A DNA stretch of 14,783 nt from Candidatus Ratteibacteria bacterium (GCA_046296715.1 JBKBIN010000032.1:252-15034); one strand, 5' to 3'; counted from the first letter of the stretch, positions 7,138 through 14,699 are shown. The notes: generated from the sequence alone by a model not told the origin. Translations and numbers: made by a program.

Positions 7138-7716
7138 TTATCCTCTAAATTTTGGAACAATGTCTAAATTAGCAGAAAGTAAAGCTTCTACTGGATGAAC
7201 TCCAAGAAAGATATCACAAAATAATGAAATAGCCAATTGACTTCCTTTTCTACCTTCCGGTATATCAACTTTTGCTGATTTACATTTATTATCAAGGATT
7301 TGTTGAAGTTTTTCTGGCCTTTCTTTAAAATTAATATCTTCTTGTTCTAAAATCCATTTCAGAGCATAAAGAATGTACTCTAAATCATATCCCGGAAGAT
7401 TGGTTGAATCTTTAATGTATTTTTCCAAAACCTTTTTTGCTGATGCACCTTGCCAAACTTCAATAATTGCTCTAAACACTTTTTCAGCTTTTTCTGGATC
7501 ATGGCAAAGTTTCCCATAAAAATCTATAGCAAAATGAGCATGTTTTGGAGTATAAAATTTTAATTTTTCTGGTTCATAAATCGTTCTGACCTTAAAATCG
7601 TTTTTTGATTTTGAATTTTCTGTTTTAACTAAAATCCAACCATTTGAAAGTTGGACAATTTCTAATACTTTTTTTCTATTTTTCCCTTTTCCTAAATAAT
7701 CTCCAACTTTAATCAT
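7138..7716 (-). CDS. Uncharacterised protein translationally coupled to a DNA methyltransferase
   Basis: 192-aa ORF with an ATGA overlap with the MTase stop (7713-7716). Conserved-looking segments TPKHAHFAIDFYGK, LKWILEQEDINF, GRKGSQLA and GVHPVEAL. No clear PD-(D/E)xK, HNH or GIY-YIG motif. Confidence 0.8.
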   Translation of the reverse strand: MIKVGDYLGKGKNRKKVLEIVQLSNGWILVKTENSKSKNDFKVRTIYEPEKLKFYTPKHAHFAIDFYGKLCHDPEKAEKVFRAIIEVWQGASAKKVLEKYIKDSTNLPGYDLEYILYALKWILEQEDINFKERPEKLQQILDNKCKSAKVDIPEGRKGSQLAISLFCDIFLGVHPVEALLSANLDIVPKFRG

Positions 7717-8660
7717 AAATTATTATTCCAAATTAAACTGTTTTTATAAGGGGTTAATTTTTCTCCTTTTTCTGGTTTTCTAAAAATGAATAAGTGCTCA
7801 TGAGCCAAAAGTAAAAAATCATACTTACTTCCTCTCCATTTTTCTCTTGTGCTTTTCATTTTCCATTGAAGTTTGATTACATCTTCCCGTAAAATAAATC
7901 CAACTTTCAAGAAAATTTCCATCACTCTTGCTGTAATTGGAACAAAATGTTTCTTTTTTCTTGTATCACCAATAAGAATGGCGCAATGTTTTCCAGGTTT
8001 TAATACTCTATAACATTCTTTGGCAACTTTCACCATTTCATTGATAAATTCGTCAATATTTTTTACATTAGAAAGGTCGCCTTCAATTTTATTATTGGTA
8101 AATCTTACTATATTAGCATATGGTGGGTGAGTAGCTATAAGATCTATACTTTCATCAGGAATTAAATCTAAATTTCTGGCATCTCCAACATAAGTTTTTA
8201 TTTCTGGTTCATATTTATATTTAAAATCCAATCTATTTCTTGTTAATATTATTGCGTCAGGATTTATATCTACACCAATACCTCTTCTATTTAAAAGCTT
8301 ACATTCAATAAGTGTAGTGCCAGAACCAACCATTTGATCTAAAACCAAATCATTTTCTTTTGTATATCTCAAAATCAAATTTCTCGGGATATATGGAGAC
8401 CAATTTGCCCTATAATTTCCTTTATGTGTTGCCCATTCCCCTCTTTCAGGAAATGACCAAATAGTTGTAGTTTCTAATTTAAACTCTTTGGGTTCATATT
8501 CTTTGATATTATGATTTTTTATCAAAGGAACTTTAACATTTTCAATCACAACAAAATCATAAGTTTTCAAAAATTGAAAATATTTCTCCTCTGTAATTTC
8601 CTGCATTTCTTTATAGATAGGAAAAAGTATCTCTGTTTTGGTTATGTTTTGTTTTGCCAT
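7713..8660 (-). CDS. SAM-dependent DNA amino-methyltransferase (N4C/N6A, TRM11-like family) with HPPY catalytic motif
   Basis: WSFPERGEWATH...NWSPYIPRNLILRYT, motif I variant VLDQMVGSGTT, GVDINP, VGDARNL, motif IV variant ATHPPY, RVLKPGK, ILIGD and HEHLFIFRK. Confidence 0.88.
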   Translation of the reverse strand: MAKQNITKTEILFPIYKEMQEITEEKYFQFLKTYDFVVIENVKVPLIKNHNIKEYEPKEFKLETTTIWSFPERGEWATHKGNYRANWSPYIPRNLILRYTKENDLVLDQMVGSGTTLIECKLLNRRGIGVDINPDAIILTRNRLDFKYKYEPEIKTYVGDARNLDLIPDESIDLIATHPPYANIVRFTNNKIEGDLSNVKNIDEFINEMVKVAKECYRVLKPGKHCAILIGDTRKKKHFVPITARVMEIFLKVGFILREDVIKLQWKMKSTREKWRGSKYDFLLLAHEHLFIFRKPEKGEKLTPYKNSLIWNNNL

Positions 8661-8671
8661 TTCTTATTTTA

Positions 8672-8680
8672 ATTATAGCA
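8672..8680 (-). promoter_or_regulatory. Extended -10 promoter element upstream of the methyltransferase
   Basis: TGCTATAAT 11 nt upstream of ATG 8660, with no clear Shine-Dalgarno. Confidence 0.5.
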
Positions 8681-8735
8681 GATCTTTTTAGTATTGAAAA
8701 GGTTTCTTTCAGATATTCTTAATTATACTTAGGTG

Positions 8736-9527
8736 TTAATGTTCGTGTTTCAGCAAATATGAAGGTATACCGAAGATGTTTATTTTTTTTGTGAATGGAT
8801 TTTTGTAAACAAGGACGCGTGTGTTATATACTTCTTCTATATTCTGGTAAGTTAAAACATCTTCAACATTTCCCTGTTTATAAATTTCTCCATTTTTAAA
8901 TAGGATAATTTTTGAACAGTAATTTGAAGCAAGGTTAAGATCATGAAAAATGCTTATTATTGTTAGCCCTTTTTCATTTAAATCTTTCAGAATATCCATT
9001 ATTTGAAACTGATATCCAATATCAAGATGGCTTGTTGGTTCGTCAAGTAAAATAACTTCTGGATTTTGAACAAGTATCTGACCTATATATATTCTTTGTT
9101 TTTCTCCTTCAGATAATTGTGTAATTTTGCTTTCTAAAAGACCCTTTATATTCAATCTTTCACTTATCTGTTCAATTATTTCTTTATTTTCTTTTCCAAA
9201 TCTTCCAATATAAGGGAAAAAACCAAAACTTAAAAAATCAATTACTTTAATTTCAAAAGAAAATTTTATTTCAGATGGTAAATAACCAACCTTTTTAGCA
9301 TAATCAATATTTTTAAAATTTTTGATATCTTCTCCTTTAAATAAAACAATCCCTTTTTGTGGTGATAAAATCTTGGATAATATTTTTAAAAATGTTGTCT
9401 TTCCACTACCATTTGGACCGACTATTCCAATAAATTCGCCTTCCAATATTTCTGTATTTAAATCTTTTAAAACTAAATTTTTGCCATAACTGAAATATAA
9501 ATTTTTTACTTCATAAATTTTTACCAT
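8736..9527 (-). CDS. btuD: Cobalamin/iron-chelate ABC transporter ATP-binding protein
   Basis: Walker A GPNGSGKTT, signature variant LSEGEKQR, Walker B ILLDEPT, H-loop IFHDLN. Operon context with cbiZ and cobO. Confidence 0.88.
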   Translation of the reverse strand: MVKIYEVKNLYFSYGKNLVLKDLNTEILEGEFIGIVGPNGSGKTTFLKILSKILSPQKGIVLFKGEDIKNFKNIDYAKKVGYLPSEIKFSFEIKVIDFLSFGFFPYIGRFGKENKEIIEQISERLNIKGLLESKITQLSEGEKQRIYIGQILVQNPEVILLDEPTSHLDIGYQFQIMDILKDLNEKGLTIISIFHDLNLASNYCSKIILFKNGEIYKQGNVEDVLTYQNIEEVYNTRVLVYKNPFTKKINIFGIPSYLLKHEH

Positions 9528-10471
9528 ATCTTTTCTGTTTTTAATAATAGAGTTAAGAAGAAAATTCCACCAAAAAATCCAGTTATAACTCCAACAGGTA
9601 TTTCAACAGGTCTTATTATAATCCTTGAAATTGTATCACAGATTATTAAAAAACTTCCACCAAATATAAATGAAATAGGAATAAGTTTTTTATGAATTGA
9701 ATTATATAAACTTCTTACTATATGAGGAACAATTAAACCAACAAATCCAATAATGCCTGAAAGAGAAACGCAGAGAGAAGAAATTAAACAACAGATAAAA
9801 TAAGCAAAATTCTTTTCAAAATTTACATTTATTCCAAGAGTTTTTGCTTTGTCTTCATCAATACTTAAAATGTCATAGATTCTTCCAGATAAGAACAAAA
9901 GAATAAAACATAAAAATATCAAAATCACTGAATAAAATAAAATTTTATCTGAAAATGATGATAAATCTCCGAAAAGAAAAAATAAAGTTGAATGAATCTT
10001 TTCATACTTTGAAACTGAAATTAAAAATAAAACAAGCGAAGAACAGATAAAGTTTAAAGAAATTCCAGCAAGAATAATTGAAGTAATAGAAAGTTTTTTA
10101 ATTATTGAAAGAGAAAGGATAAGAAAAAGAGAAGAGATAGAACCAATAAATGAAAAGAAAGGGATTGAATAAACTCTACCTATAATCACTCCAATAGTTA
10201 TTCCAAGTGATGCTCCTCCTGAAATTCCAAGTGTATAACTTTCGGCAAGAGGATTTTTTAATATACTTTGTAAAACTGCTCCTGAAATTGAAAGTCCTGC
10301 TCCAACTATAAATGCACATATAACTCTTGGAATTCTGATTTTTAAAAATATTGTCTTTTCTAATTCTGAAAGATTAAAAATCTCTTTTATCGTATAAATT
10401 TTAGTTCCGAAAAGTATTCCAAAATAGATTGAAAATAAAAAAAACAAAATTAGAAAAATGTATTTCTTCAA
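9521..10471 (-). CDS. btuC: Cobalamin/iron-chelate ABC transporter permease (FecCD/BtuC family)
   Basis: Hydrophobic protein with IRIPR, GAGLSISGAVLQSILKNPLA, LGISGGA, AKTLGIN, GIIGFVGLIVPH and EIPVGVIT motifs. Confidence 0.9.
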   Translation of the reverse strand: MKKYIFLILFFLFSIYFGILFGTKIYTIKEIFNLSELEKTIFLKIRIPRVICAFIVGAGLSISGAVLQSILKNPLAESYTLGISGGASLGITIGVIIGRVYSIPFFSFIGSISSLFLILSLSIIKKLSITSIILAGISLNFICSSLVLFLISVSKYEKIHSTLFFLFGDLSSFSDKILFYSVILIFLCFILLFLSGRIYDILSIDEDKAKTLGINVNFEKNFAYFICCLISSLCVSLSGIIGFVGLIVPHIVRSLYNSIHKKLIPISFIFGGSFLIICDTISRIIIRPVEIPVGVITGFFGGIFFLTLLLKTEKIW

Positions 10472-10986
10472 TATTCAATTCCCTTTCTTGCTTTTATTCC
10501 TTTATCAAATGGATGTTTTATTTTTTTTATTTCACTTACTAAATCTGCCTTTTCTATAATTTTTTTAGTTATATATCTACCTGTTAAAACAAGTTCAATA
10601 TCTTTTGGCTTTTCTTCCATAATTTCAATAATCTCTTCCTCTTTTAAAAATCCATCTCTCAAAGATATCAAAATTTCATCGCATATAATCATATCATATT
10701 TTTTTTCTTTGAAATTTTTTTTTATAAAATCTAAACCTTCTAAACACTCTTTTCTTAATTTCTCTTTATCAATCTTTTCAAAAAATGGATGCTTTCCTGC
10801 AAAAAAAAATACATCTATTCCAACTTTTTTTAATATTTCTGCCTCTTTACATTTTTTAATTTTTTTATGAAAATAAATAAAGCAAACATTCAATTTATTA
10901 ATTTTGGCTCTTAAAGCAAGTCCTATTGCTGCTGTTGTTTTTCCTTTTCCATCACCAGTATAAACTTCAATCAATCCTTCTTTCAT
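10468..10986 (-). CDS. cobO: Cob(I)alamin adenosyltransferase (CobO/BtuR/CobA family)
   Basis: VYTGDGKGKTTAAIGLALRA, ICDEI, ELVLTGR, ADLVSEI, KHPFDKGIKARKGIEY. Confidence 0.93.
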   Translation of the reverse strand: MKEGLIEVYTGDGKGKTTAAIGLALRAKINKLNVCFIYFHKKIKKCKEAEILKKVGIDVFFFAGKHPFFEKIDKEKLRKECLEGLDFIKKNFKEKKYDMIICDEILISLRDGFLKEEEIIEIMEEKPKDIELVLTGRYITKKIIEKADLVSEIKKIKHPFDKGIKARKGIEY

Positions 10987-11792
10987 CTTTTACGATAAGC
11001 AAGTTTGTAAAAAAAATTTACAACTTCAACAAAAGTTAATGGAGTAGGGCTGCATATCTTATCACTGTCTATTAGAAAAATTTTATCATTTTTAACTGCA
11101 TTTATCATATTATATTTTCTCCAAATTTTTTTCTCTTGTTCTCCATCAATTCCCATCAAAGTTATTATTATCACATCTGGATTTAATTTTATTATCTGTT
11201 CATAACTGTAAATACCACCTTTTTCAATTACATTCTGTCCACCTGCAAAATTAATTATGTCATTTATAAAAGATTCCTTTCCTGCAACCCACAATGGCTT
11301 TGCTCCAACCTGAACAAGGATTTTTGGTTTTTCTCTGTTTTGTGTTTGTTTTTTTATTACTTCAATCTCTTTTTTTACCTTTTCAACTATTTCTCTTGCT
11401 TTTTTTTCTTCTCCAATTAATCTACCAATCTCTATAAAATCATCACAAAGTTTTTCAAAATTTTCTGGATAACTAAAAACTAAAACATTTATTCCAAGTG
11501 ACCTTAATTTTTCAACATCTTTTGGATTTGTTAAATTTGTTGCAAATACAATATCTGGTTTTAAAGAATAAATCTTTTCAACATTTACATCAATCACATT
11601 TCCAACTTTTTCTATATATTTTGCTTTTTCAGGCCTTGTGCAGTATATAGTATTTCCTACAATTTTATCACCTTTTCCAAGAATAAAAATATCTTCTGTA
11701 ATTGCTGGTGAAAGAGAAACAATCCTTTCTGGAATTTTTTCTGCTTTTATAAAATTTATAAACAAAAATAATATTATAAAAATCTTTTTCAT
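10983..11792 (-). CDS. btuF: Cobalamin-binding periplasmic protein (BtuF/TroA-like family)
   Basis: N-terminal signal peptide MKKIFIILFLFINFIKA, then RIVSLSPAITE, NVEKIYSLKPDIVF, AGGQNV, IIKLNPDVII and AVKNDKI. Confidence 0.88.
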   Translation of the reverse strand: MKKIFIILFLFINFIKAEKIPERIVSLSPAITEDIFILGKGDKIVGNTIYCTRPEKAKYIEKVGNVIDVNVEKIYSLKPDIVFATNLTNPKDVEKLRSLGINVLVFSYPENFEKLCDDFIEIGRLIGEEKKAREIVEKVKKEIEVIKKQTQNREKPKILVQVGAKPLWVAGKESFINDIINFAGGQNVIEKGGIYSYEQIIKLNPDVIIITLMGIDGEQEKKIWRKYNMINAVKNDKIFLIDSDKICSPTPLTFVEVVNFFYKLAYRKR

Positions 11793-12988
11793 TTTGAAAA
11801 AATCCTTACCATTATACCAGAAATAAGTCCTGAAACAATATCATCTAAAAATGGTGGAAGTTTTTTAATTATTCCGGGTTTTATCCTATCAACTCTTGCA
11901 TATTCAAAAAGTGAAAGTGTCCCTCCAATATATTGAGCAATCTCTTTTCCAATAATCTCATCTGCAACAATAAATACAGCATCATCTTTATATGATTGAT
12001 TTGATAAATTTGGAATATTCCCTTTTCCTGCTTCTTCTTCAATCTTTAGTCCAGAAATTACAAGTGAGGATACATTTACATCTTTTGATATTTTTTCAAG
12101 TTCTTGCTCAAAAATCTTTCTTACCTTTTCTTTATTCCCAAATTTTTCATCTTCTATATAAACTTCCATCGCTGCTTCTATAATATCTTCCTTTTTAATA
12201 CCTCTCTCTTCTAATCTTTCAATAAATGGACGATTTTGAGAAATACTTGACTTTTCTAAATTGTCTTTTACTGAAAAATAAACTGCCTTTGCTAAAATTT
12301 CACCAAATTTTGAATGGCCTCCTGTATATGTTATTTTTCCAAAATTTCCTGAAACAAAAATTATATTATCAGTTCCAGTTCCTGTTGCTTGATTTATCAT
12401 TGGTGTATAACTTGAACGAATATCTAAATCTTGAAGGACAGATGTTTTTGCTTCAGTTATATTTATTAAACTTGATGTTAAAGCACCTTCTGTTAATCTC
12501 ATATTTGTTAAAACAATTATATTAATAGTTCCCAATATTTTAAATTTACCATCTTTTTCCTGATAGTTTTTACCTTCATCAACTCCTATTCTTAATGCAT
12601 TTGATTTTACACCAACTGTTGAAAAAACATAAATTTCAATATCTTTAAATGACTCTTTATGGATAGAAATTGTCTCAACATCTTTTCCTGTAAACAAAAA
12701 TGAACTTTGATTTTTTGAGATTTTCAATGAAGAATAAAAATATTTTTTGTATTTTTCAAAATCCATATTAACAAAATCCCATAAAGAAGAAGGAATATAA
12801 CTATTTCCAACATAAAGAACTTTTTTAAAACCATCTAAAGTTGAAATAATTCTAACTTTTTCTTTAAATGACATTAAAAATGTTTTTGTATCAAAATTTT
12901 TTATTTTATGAGAGATAATTCCTGCTTCTTTCACAAAATCAACTTTTACATCAATTTTTTTCACAAAACTAAAATTTCTTCTCGTCAT
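11789..12988 (-). CDS. cbiZ: Adenosylcobinamide amidohydrolase CbiZ fused to an archaeal-type alpha-ribazole-phosphate phosphatase CobZ domain (CbiS-like)
   Basis: N-terminal CbiZ motifs TVGVKSNA, GTINII, ITEAKT..LQDL and ATGTGTD. C-terminal PgpA-like CobZ motifs RLEERGI, DVNVSSL, IVADEIIG..IAQYIGG, DRIKPGII..LPPFLDD. AGGGG RBS upstream. Confidence 0.85.
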   Translation of the reverse strand: MTRRNFSFVKKIDVKVDFVKEAGIISHKIKNFDTKTFLMSFKEKVRIISTLDGFKKVLYVGNSYIPSSLWDFVNMDFEKYKKYFYSSLKISKNQSSFLFTGKDVETISIHKESFKDIEIYVFSTVGVKSNALRIGVDEGKNYQEKDGKFKILGTINIIVLTNMRLTEGALTSSLINITEAKTSVLQDLDIRSSYTPMINQATGTGTDNIIFVSGNFGKITYTGGHSKFGEILAKAVYFSVKDNLEKSSISQNRPFIERLEERGIKKEDIIEAAMEVYIEDEKFGNKEKVRKIFEQELEKISKDVNVSSLVISGLKIEEEAGKGNIPNLSNQSYKDDAVFIVADEIIGKEIAQYIGGTLSLFEYARVDRIKPGIIKKLPPFLDDIVSGLISGIMVRIFSK

Positions 12989-13018
12989 CTTTACCCCTAA
13001 ATCTTAAAAACTGAAAAT

Positions 13019-13042
13019 ATTATAACATTTTGATAAAATGTT
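13019..13042 (-). promoter_or_regulatory. Extended -10 promoter with overlapping palindrome (candidate operator) for the corrinoid operon
   Basis: TGTTATAAT (13027-13019) overlapped by the perfect palindrome AACATTTT-gat-AAAATGTT (13024-13042). Confidence 0.55.
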
Positions 13043-13265
13043 GTGGTTTTTAAACACTATGCGAAATATCACTTAAATCTTTTATGCTTGTTATATTAAG
13101 TTTCGCAATATAATCACTCAATTATAAGTATATTGGATGGGATCCCAAATTTTTCTAATAGCCGCTTGGCATAATTGATACAACCGGCTGTGCTATAATG
13201 TGTTTAATTTCTATGAAGTTCTAAAAAAAATTTTTTTCATAAATCTCTTGTCAATCTATCATAAA

Positions 13266-13586
13266 TCACATTTTTCTCTCCTGCGATAAGCCCAACCACT
13301 CCCAGGCGAGAACATCTGCTTTATTGAAGTTATTTGTTCTGCATTCAATAACTACTTTCTCAACTTCTTCCATTGTAACTGGAGCGTTCAAAGGCCCGAT
13401 ATGAACTGCTCTGTCTCCTTTTCTTCCATGGATGTATTTAAAACCGGTTAAAGGTTGTGCCTGATAAAGTTTAAGCATAAAAGCAAGGTATTCGTCCTGC
13501 CTTTCCTGCCAATAAACAGTTTCATAATTTCCTATATTCCATAGTTCAAAAGGTCTTGCTGGTTTTCCATATTTTTTAATAGGCAT
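13266..13586 (-). pseudogene. Post-catalytic segment of a Type III Mod-like DNA methyltransferase, with its own start and 3' truncation
   Basis: KKYGKPARPFELWNIGNYE...YW...LKLYQAQP...HGRKG..AVHIGP..APVT...ADVLAWEW resembles the region after the catalytic domain of Mod-like MTases. Strong RBS AGAGGAG-6nt-ATG. The frame ends with unrelated LGLSQERKM* after AWEW. Confidence 0.7.
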
Positions 13587-13692
13587 GTTTATCTCCTCTA
13601 TATTCCTGGTTCAAAAAATTCTCAATTTTTTCACCAACCTCGTCAGTTTCAAGAATTCTCTTAATCACTTTTTCAACATCTACTTTCTTCAT
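13576..13692 (-). CDS. 38-aa small ORF or gene remnant (MKKVDVEKVIKRILETDEVGEKIENFLNQEYRGDKHAY)
   Basis: Open frame overlapping both the HEPN end and the MTase-fragment start. Below the ORF-track size cut-off. Function unknown, possibly an internally deleted gene. Confidence 0.35.
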   Translation of the reverse strand: MKKVDVEKVIKRILETDEVGEKIENFLNQEYRGDKHAY

Positions 13693-14109
13693 TTTTGTAA
13701 TTTATTAAATCTTCTTCTCCTATTCCTAATTTATTAAACACAAAATCCTTAACCTTTAAAGCAAGTGTAAAGTATTCTTTTGTTTCATTCAGAGTAGGAA
13801 TATAAAATTCTTCAGGATACCTGACTTCCACTGCAAAATCTGTTAATTGTGATGCTTTTTCTCTTTCTATCAAATTTATGAAATCATTATCCCTTTCAAT
13901 ACACAAATCTAAAAGATATTCTATATCATGAGTTTTCTTTGCCTCAATTTTATGGAATGTAAGAAAGGCCTTGGATATTTTTCAACTGCCTGCTGACAGA
14001 GAAAGCAGATAACATCTGTAGGAGGCCTATCAGATTTTAACAAAATCTTTGCTGCGTTTAAATCACTTTCTGCCTTTGCACACCATCTTAAGACATATTT
14101 TCTATTCAT
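13673..14109 (-). pseudogene. HEPN-domain protein (MNT-associated), frameshifted
   Basis: The two track ORFs join into W..KAESDL..A...VICFLCQQAVEKY(L)KAFLTFH...KTHDIEYLLDLC...LTDFAVEVRYP if one base is restored at 13973-13974 (TAT-CC-AAG). ATGA overlap with the MNT gene. Confidence 0.85.
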
Positions 14110-14432
14110 AATTGCTTTCCTTCCATAGCGACTTCAGACGAGATAGTATTGACAACTTCCCTTTCTTCCATAAATGTTTTTAAGGATTTTACGATAATGT
14201 CAAATGGAACAAATTTAATTTCTTTGTGTAAGGCAGCAGAAATTTTTGCTCGGAGATTTTTTTTGACTACAATGGGAATTTCTTCTTTAACTATTATCAA
14301 GATATCATAATCACTATCTTTCTCAAAATCTCCTCTTGCCCTTGAGCCAAAAAGAAAAACACTATCTAAAGTATATCCATTTTGTGCGACAACATCTTCA
14401 ATTATCTCCTTAATCTTAACTTCTATCTGCAT
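14106..14432 (-). CDS. Minimal nucleotidyltransferase (MNT), putative antitoxin
   Basis: VFLFGSRARGDFEKDSDYDILII (GSx10DxD), FDIIV and C-terminal EG. AGGTGA RBS upstream. Coupled to the HEPN gene. Confidence 0.92.
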   Translation of the reverse strand: MQIEVKIKEIIEDVVAQNGYTLDSVFLFGSRARGDFEKDSDYDILIIVKEEIPIVVKKNLRAKISAALHKEIKFVPFDIIVKSLKTFMEEREVVNTISSEVAMEGKQL

Positions 14433-14434
14433 TT

Positions 14435-14515
14435 CTAATCACCTGCCATCAAATCTTTTGAATTATGAATATCTAATAATCTTTTCCTTGTAATCTGAAT
14501 AGCAAATTTTGATAA
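14435..14515 (-). pseudogene. Stub of the catalytic-domain end of a Mod-like DNA methyltransferase, cut by the IS end
   Basis: Reads LSKFAIQITRKRLLDIHNSKDLMAGD*, matching the (D)L.KFAI...RKRLL segment that follows the SAM-binding motif in beta-class MTases. Begins 1 nt after the IS terminal ACA. Confidence 0.75.
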
Positions 14516-14516
14516 A

Positions 14517-14664
14517 TGTATGTCTGCTAATCATAAGTGACATTAACACAGTTTAATTTTTCTTTCAATTTTTCATCAAGTTGTTTTCCAGATAAAGAAG
14601 TATGACTTCTATAGTAATTATAAAATTTCTCCCCTTAGCTTAACTTCTCATTTAAAATCTCCAT
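14517..14664 (-). mobile_element. IS481-family transposase 3' remnant with right terminal repeat (different element from copies 1 and 2)
   Basis: Minus strand reads MEILNEKLS*GEKFYNYYRSHTSLSGKQLDEKLKEKLNCVNVTYD*, a degenerate WE.FYN..RPH.SL.GKTP.EKL motif. The terminus TGTATGTCTGCTAATCATAAGTGACATT aligns without gaps to TGTACAAATAGGGTACATAGGTAACACT (TGTA-N11-CATARGTRACAYT). Confidence 0.75.
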
Positions 14665-14671
14665 ACTATTT

Positions 14672-14699
14672 ATTATAACACCTTTTGTCATTTTGTAAA
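14672..14699 (-). promoter_or_regulatory. Putative sigma70 promoter reading into the IS remnant and MNT-HEPN region
   Basis: TTTACA (14699-14694), 16-bp spacer ending TGT, TATAAT (14677-14672), 7 nt before the ATG at 14664. Confidence 0.45.

Noticed and set aside
11638..12525. Plus-strand ORFs 11638-11826, 11992-12183 and 12226-12525
   Set aside because: Antisense to btuF and cbiZ, which carry clear family motifs.
12989..13265. Cobalamin riboswitch upstream of the cbiZ-btu operon
   Set aside because: Expected from context, but no conserved B12-element sequence is visible and the region is very AT-rich.
13673..14109. Two separate genes (13673-13906 and 13921-14109) or a programmed frameshift
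   Set aside because: They are halves of one HEPN gene, and no slippery sequence is present at the break.
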